Origin: Lama glama
Lineage: Eukaryota
NCBI GenBank assembly: GCA_028534125.1
Contig: CM052832.1
Location: forward strand, 6,450,001 to 6,514,000
Direction of reading: 5' to 3'
Length of the DNA stretch: 64,000 bases
The number at the start of each line of letters is the position of its first letter. Position 1 is the first letter of the stretch. The notes beneath the pieces are model-generated. The model made no database searches. It had not been told where the DNA came from and saw only the letters and a program-made list of their open reading frames with translations. This document shows, in pieces, positions 51,285-64,000 of the stretch. Position numbers and translations under genes: made by a program.

Positions 51285-54200
51285 TAAAAATTAGCTTTAT
51301 TGAGTCATAATTTACACACAATGAAACTCATTTTTATTGTGTAGTTTGATTTTTTGACAAATGTACACAGTTATAAATTTGTATGCAGTATGTGTTTGTA
51401 AATGCACATCACCACAGATATACAAATATATAGGGCTGTAAAGGTTTACCACCACAGATAAAATATAAAACATTTGCATTATCCAAATATTTCCTTCAAG
51501 CTTTTTCCTAGACTATCTCCTCTATCCATTACGGGCTCAGTCCCTGGCAACCACTGTCCCTGGCAACCACTGTCCCTATAGTTTTGCCCTTTTCCAGAAT
51601 TCATATAAATGGAACCATATAGTTTGTAGTCTCTTATGTCTGACTTCCATCACTTAGCAGAATGCCTTTAAATTCATCCATGTTGTTGGTGTCAATAGTT
51701 TATTTTTATGATTGAATAGTTTCCCACTGTATAGACATACAGTTATTCCCTAGATAATGGACTTTCAGGTTATTTCCAATTTGGGGTGATTATCCGTTTA
51801 CCTCTGTAAACATACATGTACATGTTTTTGTGTTGACAGAAGTTTTCATTTCTCCTGGGTGAATACTTGGAGTGGGATTGCTGGGTCATATAGTAAATGT
51901 ATGTTAACTTTATAAGAAACTATCAAATATTTTCTGAAGTAGTACCATTTTGCATTCCCACCATCAACGCAGGAGCTGTTCTGCATCCTCATCAGCCCTT
52001 GGTGCTGTCAGGCTTTTTCATTTTAGCTGTTCCTGTTGTCGGTAGTGATGTCCTATTGTGGTTTTAATTTGTATTTTCTTAATGATGTTGAACAGTCTTT
52101 AGGTACTTAGCTGTCGTCGTGTGTCTTCTTTGGTAAAGTATCTGATCAATCCTTTGCCCATTTTTAAAGGAGTTGTCACCTTATTTATGTGTTGTAAGAG
52201 TTCTTATACAATCTCAGTGTACATTTTGTTATCAGATATGTGCTCTGTGTATATTTTCTCTGTGTATGGTTTGTCATTTTCTTAATTGTGTCTTTTGAAG
52301 GAAAAAGTTTGCAATTTTGATGAAATCAAATTATTTGCATACTCTTTTCTTTAATAAGTGGTAGTTTTTGAGTCCCAACAAATCTTTGCCCAAACCAAGG
52401 TTTAAAAAAATTATTTCAAAGTTTTTTTTCAGAAGTTTTATAATTTTAGCTCTTGTATTTAGGTCTGTGATCCACTTTGACTTAATTTTTGTATATGTTG
52501 TGAGAAAAGTATTGAGGGTTTCATTTTATTTTTGCATATGAATATCTATAACAGACTATACTTTCCTGATCAAATTACCTTGAAACTTTTGCCAAAAATT
52601 ATTTGACCATGTATGAGTGGGTCTATTCCTTGATTCTCTATTCTGTTCCATTGATGTATATGTCTTGTCTGTCTTTATGTCAATGCCACACTGTCTTGAT
52701 TATTGTCCAAACTGATTAAAAGTCAAATTTGAAATTAGGTAGTGCAAATCCTTCAACTTTGTTCTTTTTCCTCAAAACTATTTTGGCTACTCAAGGTCTT
52801 TGCTTTTCCATATGTATTTTAGAATGCACTTGTCAATTTCTGGGGGAATCCCGTAAAGATTTTTATTAAGATTGTTTTGTAGATAGAGATCAATTTGAGA
52901 GCAATACTGAGTTTTCCAATCCAAGGAAATGGTTTATCACTCCACTATTTGAAGTCTTCATTACTTTCTCTCAGCACTGTTTTATAATTTTCAGTGAACA
53001 ACTCTTGCATACATTTTGTTAGATTTATTCCTAAGTTTTGCATGTTTTATGATGTTACTGTAAATGATATTGATTTTTAAAAATTTTTGGTTTCCAATTT
53101 TTAACTGCTAGTATACAGCAGTATATTTATATTTTTGTATATTGACCTTATATCTTGTGATTTTCTAAGACTCAGTTATTAATTCTAGTAGACTTTTTTG
53201 TGGATTCCTCAGAAATCTACACAATTATATCAGCTATGAATAAAGGCAGTTTTCTGCTTCCTTTCCAATATATATACTCTTTAGTTCTCTTTCTTGTCTC
53301 ATCGTAATGGCTAAGACCTCCAGTACAGCTTTGGTTAGAATTGGTGAGCATGGATATTCTTGTCTTGTTCTTGATTTAGGGAGAAAGCCTTCAAGTTTTT
53401 ACCAGTGTGATGTTAGCTGTAGGTTTTACTTAGATCCCTTTAATTAGGTTGAGGAAGTTCCTTTCTGCCCCTAGTTTGTTGAGAACTTTTATCATGAAAG
53501 GATATTGAATTTTATCACATACCATTTCATATTCTATTGAGATAACTTTTTTCTTTTTTTCTTTTGGTTTGTTAATAAGGTGAATTGTATTGATTGATTT
53601 TTGAATCTTGAACCAACATTGTATTCCTGGGATAAACCCCACTTAGGTATGATGAATTATCCTTTTTATAATGCTGAATTCAGTTTGCTAATATTTTTCA
53701 CATCCATATTCATTGATTTTAAATCTTTTGTGAATTTTTCTATTACAGTAAAACATACATAACACAAAACTTACAATTTTAACCATTTTTAAGTATATAC
53801 TTCAGTGGCATTCATTACATTCACCTTGTACGGCCATCACCACAGTCCATCTCCAGAACCTTTCATCACCTCAAACTGAAACACTCCACCAATTAAATAC
53901 TAACTTCTCATTCTACCCCTCTCCAGCCCTGGTAACCACTATTCTACTTCCTCTTTCTGTGAATTTGATCATTCTAGGTGTCTCATACAAATAGAATCAT
54001 ATAACATATGCCCATTTGTGTCTGGTTTATTTCACTCAGCATAATGTTTTCAAGATGTATCCATGTTGTAGCATGTCTCAGAATTTCCTGGCTTTTTAAA
54101 GGCTGAATAATATTCCATTGTATGTATATACCACATTTTGTTTATCCACTCACCCGTTCATCTGTCAGTGGACATTTAGATTATTTCCACATTTGGTTAT

Positions 54201-54540
54201 GTGAAAATGCTGCTATGAACATTGGTGTACAAATATCTGTTCAAGTCCCTGCTTTCAATTTTTTGGGTTATATCAAGAAGTGAAATTGTTGGATCATTTA
54301 ATTCTGTGTTTAATTTTTTGAGGAACCCCAATACTGTTTGGTATAGCATTTTACATTTTCTCCAGCAATGCTTAAGGGGTCCACATTTCTCCACATCTTC
54401 ACCAACACTTGGTGTTTTCTGTTTTGTGTGTGTGTGTTGTTTTTTTCAATAATAGCCATCCTAATGGGTGTAAAATGGTGCTTTTTGCATCTATGTTCAG
54501 AAGAGTCATTGGTCTGTAATTTTCTTTTTTATAAATGGAT
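51285..54540 (-). mobile_element. L1M element with a second L1 3' end nested at ~53735-54480
   Basis: Antisense L1 from the 3' UTR ('ctttattgagtcataatttacacacaatgaa') into ORF2 remnants (GFIPGIQCWFKIQKSIN); a new 3' end begins at ~53735 and the host element resumes at ~54481. Confidence 0.85.
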
Positions 54541-55481
54541 TTAAGTATTTTGTAGAGTAAGTAAACAAATGAGAAGTCAAGGATGTCCTGAGGTTTCCTG
54601 GCTGCAGTACTTGGTGTGTAGTGCAAAGGAGACCCTGAAAGAGCAGATTGTAAAGAGCAGGGAACTGCAGCAAAAAGTACTGATTTAATATTGGGAATTT
54701 TGAGCTCACAAGGACTGTGGGCCATCCTGGTGGAGATATAAAGTTGGCAATTGAGAAAACATGAGGAAAGCTGTCGAAATGAGTAAGGCCCAGAAACACA
54801 GATAATGGAAACATCTACCACTTCTTGAGTGCCTATTATGTGCCTGGGAATTAGCAGCCCAAGTGCAGCGGCTATAGCCCCAGGACGGTGGGGCTCCTCC
54901 CAGAATGAGAGTGAACGCTGAGGAGAGGGCCAAGAGCAGAGCCTCGAAGAACCAAAAGTTAAGGACTTGGCAGCAAAGAAACAGTCAATAGAAACTGAAA
55001 AGTAGTCATAAAAATGTAAGATAAGTGACAGGAGGGAAGAGTGTCATGGTAATCAAAGTAAAGAATGGTATCAAAAAAGAAGGGAGTAGTTTTCCAATGT
55101 CTAACTGACTCCAGTTTTATTTTCCTCTTTTACCCATAGCCAGTGAGCATGTCCATCACTGTAATATGCATTATCTGTCCTTTTTAGTCGGAGCAGAACT
55201 GGATTAATAAGAAGAGCTGTATTAAGTAGGATTAATAGGGAGTACCCCCATAAAGTAAAATTTATAGCTGTAAGGTATGAGTGTCCTTTTTGCTGATGTA
55301 AATATTTCAAACCTGACATTCTAAATTAAGCTACTTTCTATTTCAATTCTGGAAAATAAAGATTAAGATTTAAGAATCATCTCTAAATTTGTTATTATCA
55401 TTTTAACTCAAAAACACACCAGGACAAAACCACACTGGGACAAAACAAAACCCTTCACAACCCATTAGGCGTTTTAAAACA

Positions 55482-55487
55482 TTTATT
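55482..55487 (-). terminator. AATAAA with a GU-rich downstream element (transcript unassigned)
   Basis: Minus strand reads AATAAA...GGGTTGTGAAGGGTTTTGTTTTGTCCCAGTGTGGTTTTGTCCTGGTGTGTTTTT. Confidence 0.55.
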
Positions 55488-56570
55488 TTAGAAACCAGAA
55501 TAATGCACTATATTTACTCACAGATATTCCTGTCTGTTACCAGATATTTTCAGCAAACAGACATCTTTAAGCATCTTCATCTGCTTTTATCAAACCTTCC
55601 AAGTGGATCCTGCTGCTGTTGACAACCACAGCAGCCTGCTGGGGGTAAAGTGTGGGGAGAGAAAAATAATCACATATTCCTCAAAGTTCAGAAATAATAA
55701 GACACTCGAGTGGGCAAAGCATACATTTGTGTGGTATCATATAAACAGCGATAGAATTTTCATACACACTCTAACATGAAGAATAATATAACCACGTCAC
55801 ATTTATGAATCAACTATCCAACTATTTTGTATTATTTAAAACTATGAAGTTCTAGATTTTTGTAGAATGGCTATTAAACTGATGAATACTTCTTTAAGAT
55901 TATAATAATTACATATGTTTAAACACACATGATCTTTTGGAAATGCAGCTAAGCGCTGCCTACGGTAAAGGGTCTCGAAATCAAGCGTTACTGACCCGAC
56001 ATCATTATTCTGAAGGTAGGAAGAAAACGACGTATGACTTAATCACGTGTGCATAAATGTTTTTTTTTTCTCTCCACCCCAAAAAGTTTCTGCATTTAAC
56101 AAACACCTTCTAACTGTCTTCTGTTTGAAGTCTCAAAGAGAAACAAGAGTTGTGTTACATGGTCCTCCCTTGTGAGTTCATTCGGTCTGGGGGAAGAGGG
56201 CAGGCAGACAGGCAGGCAGGCAGACAGACAGACCTCCGCAGTAGAGGCAGCAGTGGGAGCACGGAGGTGCTGAAGATGCTGAAGGCTTCAGAGATCATTC
56301 TGGATGTGGAAGCAGGACTTCAGCAGCGAAAGTGATTATGCGCGGGTGGCAGTGATGGAGGAAAGTGCGTGGAGGGCGCAGCGTGAACGCTACCTGGGAA
56401 GCAGCCCCGTGAAGAGGGTCTCCGGAGAAACGGGGGGAGGGGGTGGCAGCGCGTCTGTGCGGAGGTGGAGGGCGGGGACCCAGGGGAACGCACAGCTTAG
56501 AGAAAGGGGTCTTGGAAATGGTATTAGAGCTTTTAATCTTTACTGTGCGTGCATGTTTGTGTGTGAAAGT

Positions 56571-56593
56571 GAGAGAGAGAGAGAGAGAGAGAG
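56571..56593. repeat. (GA)n microsatellite
   Basis: About 11 GA units, seen directly. Confidence 0.95.
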
Positions 56594-58671
56594 GAGTAAC
56601 TGAAGGCAGGAATGTGGGTGACATACCCAGAGCTGCCTGAAGGAAGATGACTGTGCTGTTAGGTGAAGGAATGATTTCCAGCCACATAAAAAAATCTGAT
56701 TCTACTGTAAGGCCTGAATAAAACTCCCAATCTTGCAACATGAGAATTTAATTAAATCCAGGAAAGACAAATCCCAATACGTTTTTTTAATCCTACTCTT
56801 TCCCATATGACCTTAATATAATGCCCCCCTTCAAGTATAGGCATGTTGGAAGATTCCAGAGTTGAGTCACTTCATCTTATAAAGAAACGGAAATCAAGAG
56901 AAGTGAAGGGACTGGACCCAGTTTTACTGCTTTGTCAGAAGGAAAATCCGAAACAGGGTAAAAGGCTTTTAGAATCCATGTTTTACCTTTTCTCCACATC
57001 ACCTGGCATTCAGTAATAATAATATTTGGCAATCATTTTTAAAGAGTTCTGGTTTAATTGGGGAGAAGAGAACCAAGTATTTTTGCCCCCAACTTTTTTG
57101 TCCTGCCAAATATAAAAATTAAAGATTTTTCCAATGGAAGTCCTGAGGGAATCTGTTTTCATTAACAGAAAAGAACGTGTATAACTATTTCCATTGTAAA
57201 TAAATGGTTATGCTTAAAAATTTGAAGATGGCAGAAAAGCAATTTTTTTTCTTTTTACATTTAAAGCCTCCCTGAATTTGCTTCCTTTTTTCCTTGTCTA
57301 AGTGAAAGAAGTTTCAGGCTATTCTTATGATAGTCACAGATCTCCAAATAATGAAGGCAAAATTAATTGATTCACATTCTGTGTAACTTTTGTTGACTAC
57401 CTAATAGCAAAGAAATGCTACCAATGAGAGTAGAGATTTCTGTAAAAACAAGACATAGTCCTACTAGTGGCTTAATCAAATAGGATTTGGAGCCCTTGAT
57501 AAAGACGCATTATTCCTCATTGAAAGCAAATTTAAATGTTATCTCTTCATTTAGATATATATGCTAATTCACTTATATGTATAAAGAACAAAGAACTGTA
57601 TATAATTAAAAATAATATATTATTTCTCAACGAGAAAAAAATCATTTGGGAAGAGAAAAAATGTGAAAGCCAAGCAAAGGAAACTCAGTGTTAAGTATTA
57701 TCGATACCAAGCTAAACATAAATACCACATAGAGTTGTGTTATAATAAGGAAGTGAGATTGAAAGGTTAAATCTTTCAGTATGGAGACAAAATTACTGAA
57801 ATTTTCATTTTTTAAAAAAAATTTCCTGTGGGTCATTTTGGAGAGGAACAAGATCATTTCAAGTTGCTAAAATAAAGCAAAGTTCCAGGAGACATTAATG
57901 AATATGATTTCACTGGAAAAGTGTGAATGTGATGGGACAGATGTGTTGGATATACAGGGTTTGGTCAGATTCTGGAGGGTCTTAACATTAAGCTAAAGCA
58001 CGGTGACTCCACTCTAAAATGTATGGTAAAAGCAATCCAAATACATTTTAAAATGTGTCAGACAAAAAATGCCGGAAAGAAAAACCTGTTTTTGGAAGAT
58101 TCAGTAATACTGGACTGGGTCTGGGTTGTTGTGAAGGTAACGCAAGGCATTTACTCGGTACCTAATGAGTGTACTGTAACTCTCCGTTGGAATAATAATT
58201 GGGAGATCTCTATTTTCATCCTGGCTCTGCTCCTAACTTACCAGCAGGATCAACTCTACCTCTCTGGGCCTGTTTCCTAACATATAAACGACAGAGTTAA
58301 ACCAGATGAACCCGAAGAGTCTCTTCAGGTTAAAAAATTCCAGTTATTCACGTTGAACCCAGATCTCAGGGAGCAGTCTCAGTACTTAAGCGATGTTTTC
58401 ACCTCAAGCCCCTCAAGGAATAAAGCTAAATAAATTTTTTCATGGTCCAGTTTGCATATCATTATTTTGATCCAGTATTTACTTGATTTAAAAAATTATA
58501 AAATACACACAAAAAACCAACACAGAACAGTTGAGAACTTAAGTACATAGTATTATTTTAAAGATGTTTAACAACTCAATTCATACAGGTGGACAAATGC
58601 AATGGAAAGTAAGACCTCTATGGATTTTAAGAGATTAAACTCCACATTCTGCAAATCTTATATAAAAAAAA

Positions 58672-59171
58672 NNNNNNNNNNNNNNNNNNNNNNNNNNNNN
58701 NNNNNNNNNNNNNNNNNNNNNNNNNNNNNNNNNNNNNNNNNNNNNNNNNNNNNNNNNNNNNNNNNNNNNNNNNNNNNNNNNNNNNNNNNNNNNNNNNNNN
58801 NNNNNNNNNNNNNNNNNNNNNNNNNNNNNNNNNNNNNNNNNNNNNNNNNNNNNNNNNNNNNNNNNNNNNNNNNNNNNNNNNNNNNNNNNNNNNNNNNNNN
58901 NNNNNNNNNNNNNNNNNNNNNNNNNNNNNNNNNNNNNNNNNNNNNNNNNNNNNNNNNNNNNNNNNNNNNNNNNNNNNNNNNNNNNNNNNNNNNNNNNNNN
59001 NNNNNNNNNNNNNNNNNNNNNNNNNNNNNNNNNNNNNNNNNNNNNNNNNNNNNNNNNNNNNNNNNNNNNNNNNNNNNNNNNNNNNNNNNNNNNNNNNNNN
59101 NNNNNNNNNNNNNNNNNNNNNNNNNNNNNNNNNNNNNNNNNNNNNNNNNNNNNNNNNNNNNNNNNNNNNNN
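58672..59171. other. Assembly gap (500 N) in the presumed SLC25A27 3' UTR region
   Basis: Run of N, preceded by an A-run. Confidence 1.
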
Positions 59172-60154
59172 CTTTAGTGTGATTTCTGAGTTCTCTCTCT
59201 CTCTGGGGCCCCTAGTGTCAGGGATGGGAGATTAAGAAAGGACGTGTGTCAGAAGGGGCTGACTGCATCTTAGCCTTGCTTTTAAAATGCCACCGAAAGG
59301 CTGATGATAACAGATGTTTCTTTACAAAAGGACCCGTCCACCTGAGCGTTCATCAAGTGAGCTGCGTTTTTCACACACTGAGATTCTTGAGCCCTAGGGA
59401 ATGGGATATATGACAAAGCAAACACTCCTCTCTGTTTTCCTGCAGGTCGGATCTGCGGCTGCCGGCAAGGCCTTAGCCTGCACCGCGGAGCGCTGACCAG
59501 TGAGCACAGATCACCTGCCGGCGGGGCACTGACAGAAAACCGCTTCTTCCCTTGAGATCCAAACATCATCTCAACGTGATGTTTTTCATTCTCCTGGCAA
59601 GAAAAGGTACGTCAGCTTCCGTCCACACTAGGGCACCTTAACGTGTTCATTCACTCACCTCCCTTTAATTTACAGTGTGTACACTTTCACAGCAACAGAA
59701 AAGTGACTCAATCGAATTTCAGTCGTAAACACCGACGTCACGGGTCACATGTGTCTTGGTTGCTCTGTGTGTTTCCACATGCCTGTTGCCTGCTTCAGGT
59801 CTGCGAGGCCACCCCCCTTCTGGCACTTGCTCCTCTAAGCAGGCCCTTCAGCAGAGAATAGGATCTTGAAGGTCAGATCTTCTCGCTCAGGGTAAGTGGT
59901 GGAGACTTGATTCTTCCTTAGGAAATACAGTGCTGGGTCTCACGGGGTGGCCTTGTGTGATTCCAACCAGATTGCTTTTGAACAAAAAGAGGAGTCAAAG
60001 AGAACTTGGGTTTCCAGATAAAAAATAAAGTGCTGCCCCCTAGAAATCATAGTCTCTGTGGAGTGAGGTGTCTTCCTAAAGAGGTAGAAACAACAGGGGG
60101 ATGTGCTGCAGATGCTCGTATGTCAGTGACACTGAACACTGTATCTTTAAGGGC

Positions 60155-60226
60155 TTAAAATGGACTGACTCCACTCATCTCTCTGATTTTTTCATAAGTA
60201 AGCCAGAACACCAGTGACCAAGGGGT
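60155..60226 (-). CDS. SLC25A27: SLC25A27 (UCP4) last coding exon: [23 protein letters not shown]; upstream exons lie outside the window
   Basis: Acceptor aatctttcag|ACC; translation matches the UCP4 C-terminus; TAA at 60157-60155; synteny with TDRD6. Confidence 0.95.
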   Translation of the reverse strand, partial: TPWSLVFWLTYEKIREMSGVSPF

Positions 60227-62139
60227 CTGAAAGATTAACCAAAGAAGTTAGTGCATATTTCAAAGCAATTATAAATATTCTACATATAGGCATACACATC
60301 TTTGCATGACAGTCATTTTGAATCTACTTAGGCTGCAAACAAATACCCTGGTATTCCACCTTTGGAGAGCACTGTATAATTGACAGAGCATTTTCATGTC
60401 TTATTTCTTGCTGATTTCTCTGAGAAGTTTACAACGGAAAGGAAAGGGACTGATACCCTGATTTTACAGATGAGGACACTGAGGGTTAGCAATCAGACGT
60501 CTGTTAGCAGGTGGAGGCACTAGACCGTGGGCTTCTGGCTCCAACTCCAGGGCTCTCTGTGCTGGACCATCACTAGATAAAAGGCTGGGACCTGTCATTC
60601 CTGAACTGGGCTCCTTTCCTCTGTATGTAGCTGGTGTACGGAACAAGACAAGGAGGCACTTAAGAACTCAAAACTAAAGATCAAAGATTATTGTTTGAGA
60701 GGCAGGTCATAAAACCAACACCTGATGTGTTACAAAACAAATATAGAAATTCACATAAATGGAGATGAGTGCTTTCAGCTTAGAAAGAACTGACTATGAA
60801 GGTGTAACTGTGCCAAAAGAAATCGTAAGGGGATGAGGGTTATTCAATAATAAAAGATGAAAACGCTGAAGACACAGAGGGAGATCACAGAGTGAACACT
60901 GCCTGGCAGTAACCATCAGGGAAAGTGTGTCTTGGGTCCAGTTCCTATCTGGTTTGCTTCATAGGTTAAGGGTAACATTTATCAGAGAGAAATTCTAGTC
61001 ACACTCGAGTAGGGAAGTAAGCTTCAGTAGTTAGAATGTGAAGTGTACTTGGTGGTAGAGTTTGTAAAGGAATATTTATGTCACACGTGCTTGGAAATAT
61101 TGAGCAAGTTACACGGGTAGACTGAGAATTTACTAGTGGATTTAGGGGAACACATCTTGGTCAGTTAAATGTACGAAGATGCAGACAAAGTAAAGAAGCT
61201 ATGACAATACAGTATTCTGGTGACAATAAAAATGAAGGGAGCCAAGGACCTAAGTGCTGCTGGACTAGAAGCAGAGGTCTTAGTTAAGAACGGACTGCAC
61301 AGTCATTCCTAACAGCTCTGCTAGTCAGCCTTCAGCAAGCAAACTACATGCAAGTGAAATAAATATGAACCAGGGAGTGAGCAAAGCGAGGCCATAGGAC
61401 CGTGACCTACTGGAAGGGGCTGGGACGGAGTTTAGCTGGGCTCTGAAGGGAAGTTCAAGAGGGAGATCATATAACCAGACAGCATCGTACCATATTAATG
61501 GGACAGACTGAGGCCCTTTGCAGAAGCTCATGTAGGCAGGACATGCTTACTTGGTTTTTCCCCGCTGGCACAGTGGTCCAACTGAAAATAATCCAGGTGT
61601 ATGTGAACCCATGTTGTCATAATTGCTGGGGGAAAAAGCGGTTTTTCTCCACGCCTGTTACTGTGCGGCTGAGCACAGAAGGGCTCTCGGGTTGATCTTC
61701 TTCAAAGTTAAGTTTACAAATAAGCTCTTGCTGTTACCATTCTCTGTTCAGCAAGCAACCTTCTGATCATAACTTGGCTCCCCAGACAGCTTGAATTTAG
61801 CTGTCCGGAGGACTGCGGCATCTGGACCATTGGCCAAGTATGTTTCTTGGTGTGGATGCGCCAGTGTTGTGGCCCCATCATCAGTTTCAGTGAGTTCGGC
61901 TGAAGGGAATCTGAGTGTGCAAGGCCGATTTACTTGGCAGTACTCACGAGACAGGCTTCTAAGCTCACGGTCCTGCCCGGTGAAGGACCAACAAGGCAGC
62001 GCCACCCTGGTGCTCTTTGGTGGTGAGCCAGCCTGTCTCTGGTAACACCTCTCCATCAGCACACGCTGCTCTCTTTTTCTTTTAAAACTTCTATACCAAG
62101 CTGCGGGATCTTGAGAAACTCAGTATATTCTGTCTTAGG

Positions 62140-62360
62140 AGCGTGGGTTTAGAGTTGAACAGCCCTGCAGGCAGTTCCCAGCTCTGCCGTAATACTAGCT
62201 ACCTGAACTTGAATGAGTTTCTAATGCTTTGAGCTATGTTTTTCTCATCTGAAAAATGAGGATAACACCACCTGTTCTACTAGGTTCTTGTGAGACTTAA
62301 AAAATCATTAATCTGTGTAAGGAGCTTTAGCCCAGAGCTTGTCATATATTAAGTACTCAT
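62140..62360. mobile_element. MIR SINE
   Basis: 'cccagctctgccgtaatactagct...tttctcatctgaaaaatgaggataac'. Confidence 0.75.
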
Positions 62361-63139
62361 TTTTGGGGTCATTTATACATCCTGGGTCTCATGTGTGAAG
62401 AGAATGGGTCAGATGAAGTGGTCTCGGGACTCCCTTGTACTTGGATATTCTGCCTCCTCTCACCTCTTGTGACCCTAATTTTGTTTTCCATCCGTGGTCT
62501 CACCCATCCTCATCCTCTCCCACACTAGACACATCAAAGTCCCATTTCCTTCTTTCGCTTCCTCCTTTTCTCCGTCTGATCAGTTCCTGAGTCCTGAGGA
62601 GTCAACCATGAATGTCCCTGGCATCTGTCTTCTCTCCACGTGTACTGTCAGCTCCCGCCTGCACCACTGCCCAAGCCTCCTCTCATGCATTCTGGCCTTC
62701 AGAGCATCTTCTGCACAGCTGCCACAGTCATCCTGTCCCTCAACAAATCTTAGTAGGTCACACCCACATTTAAACAGCTGCCTGCTAACTGTTGGGTTTC
62801 ACCTAAACTACTGAACTTGCCCCACAAGGTCCTTCTCAGGCTGGTCCTTAAGTTCACCTCTAGCATCCTCTCCGACCACCTCCCCTCTGAGGACCTGTCC
62901 TTTAGCCACACAGAATCTTCGGCAGTTCCTGCGGGCATATCAGGTCCACACATGACTTGATGCCTCTGCTCATGGTGCTGTTTTTGACAAACACCTACTG
63001 ATCATTCAAAGCTCAGATCCAGTATCACCTCTGGTAAGCCTTTTGGGACTTCCCAACGGGTTAAAGGCATTTTACTCCACTCCCTCTGTTCTCACAGTTT
63101 GTCCATAGCACTGGCAAACACTAACATGACCTCCGCAGT

Positions 63140-63365
63140 AAGACTGTGTCCTCTGGAGTCAGACCGACTGGGTTGAGTCCCTGAATCCAGTAGTTAATAC
63201 CTAGACTGGCCAAGTTATTTAGACTCTGTAAGCCTGTGTTTCCTCCTCTGTAAAAGAGAGATAATAGTAACCCACTAAATCGATTGTTGGGCGAATTCAG
63301 TGAGTTAAGCCACGAGCATGGTTAGCACGGTGCTGGCCATGTACCACGTGACTCAGTGACGTTAG
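63140..63365. mobile_element. MIR SINE
   Basis: 'ctctggagtcagaccgactgggttgagtccc...gtttcctcctctgtaaaagagagataatagta'. Confidence 0.75.
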
Positions 63366-64000
63366 CTTTGTAAGTTCTGTGATCTGAGCTGCTGCCATGT
63401 CTGTCTGCTCTCACTGCATTGTAAGCTCCTCTAGTGCAAAAAATAGACATCTCATTCCTTAGTGTTACCAGCACTTACAATAGTGCCTGGCCTAGCAGGC
63501 CAAGTCAAAATTTTCCTTTCCACTAAATATCCATAGATTTGAGATAATTTCAAAGTATAATCAAGACAATCAAAATAATGTTTTACAAGTTAGGTCTGCT
63601 TTTGTGTCTGACACTGCCAAGGACTTGGCTATGAGCTTCATGTTAATAGACGATACCTACCACCCTCGGTGATGCTGTTTATCGCCAGAGCTTCCGCTGT
63701 CACCTGCAGGTAGACAGTGCTCAGATCTGAATCTCCATCCTTATCATTCTAAGATCCAGGCCAATATATTAGTCTAGTCACCTAGGCATCTCTTCTTAGA
63801 TGTCCTGTGGGTATTCCCAAACCTAACACACTAAACGAAACCTGTTTTTCTACCACAAAATCTTTCCTACAAATGATCTCCACTGTAGGAAATGACCTCA
63901 TTTGTTGCTGAGGGCAGGAATCTGGGAATGAAGCCGACTTTCCCTTGTCTTCTCCACCCGTTTCCCCATCCCGTCATGTTTTCAGCTCCTTCCTACCTCG

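Noticed and set aside
51541..51577. 16-bp tandem repeat tccctggcaaccactg x2
   Set aside because: Local duplication inside an old L1; not an array and has no spacers.
53430..54394. Short ORFs with reverse-transcriptase or L1 ORF2-like peptides
   Set aside because: Decayed L1 fragments, not intact genes.
56234..56393. In-frame TGA followed by a Cys-rich frame (HCCLYCG|GCCGC) as a selenoprotein
   Set aside because: No start codon or SECIS element recognised and no homology evident; best explained by CTG/TGC-rich composition.
58602..59177. 191-aa ORF
   Set aside because: Artifact of the 500-N assembly gap.
1..64000. CRISPR arrays, operons or prokaryotic defence systems
   Set aside because: The window is intron-exon mammalian DNA; no repeat-spacer array or bacterial gene structure is seen.

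Overview
Mammalian genomic DNA, very likely a camelid (alpaca or camel), judged from a tRNA-Ala-derived vic-1-type SINE and camelid-type L1 3' ends. The window covers the syntenic block ANKRD66-PLA2G7-TDRD6-SLC25A27, reversed relative to human 6p12. It contains: (1) a possible ANKRD66 first exon on the minus strand at ~2.5 kb (low confidence); (2) a complete PLA2G7 (Lp-PLA2/PAF acetylhydrolase) on +, with a CpG-island non-coding exon 1 and 11 coding exons (18438-35155, 440 aa, intact Ser-Asp-His triad); (3) a complete TDRD6 on -, with 4 coding exons (47416-37867, 2127 aa, 6-kb first exon); (4) the last coding exon and 3' UTR of SLC25A27/UCP4 on -. The rest is L1/L2/MIR/MER repeats, a solo ERV LTR and a 500-N assembly gap. 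I found no CRISPR, tRNA or rRNA genes and no convincing wholly new biological system. The best leads are an unexplained minus-strand spliced and polyadenylated unit at 55.4-56.7 kb that could encode a 36-aa peptide, plus-strand exons antisense to the UCP4 3' UTR, lineage-specific C-terminal changes in both PLA2G7 and TDRD6, and convergent CTCF motifs around PLA2G7. All ortholog comparisons are from memory and need checking by alignment.
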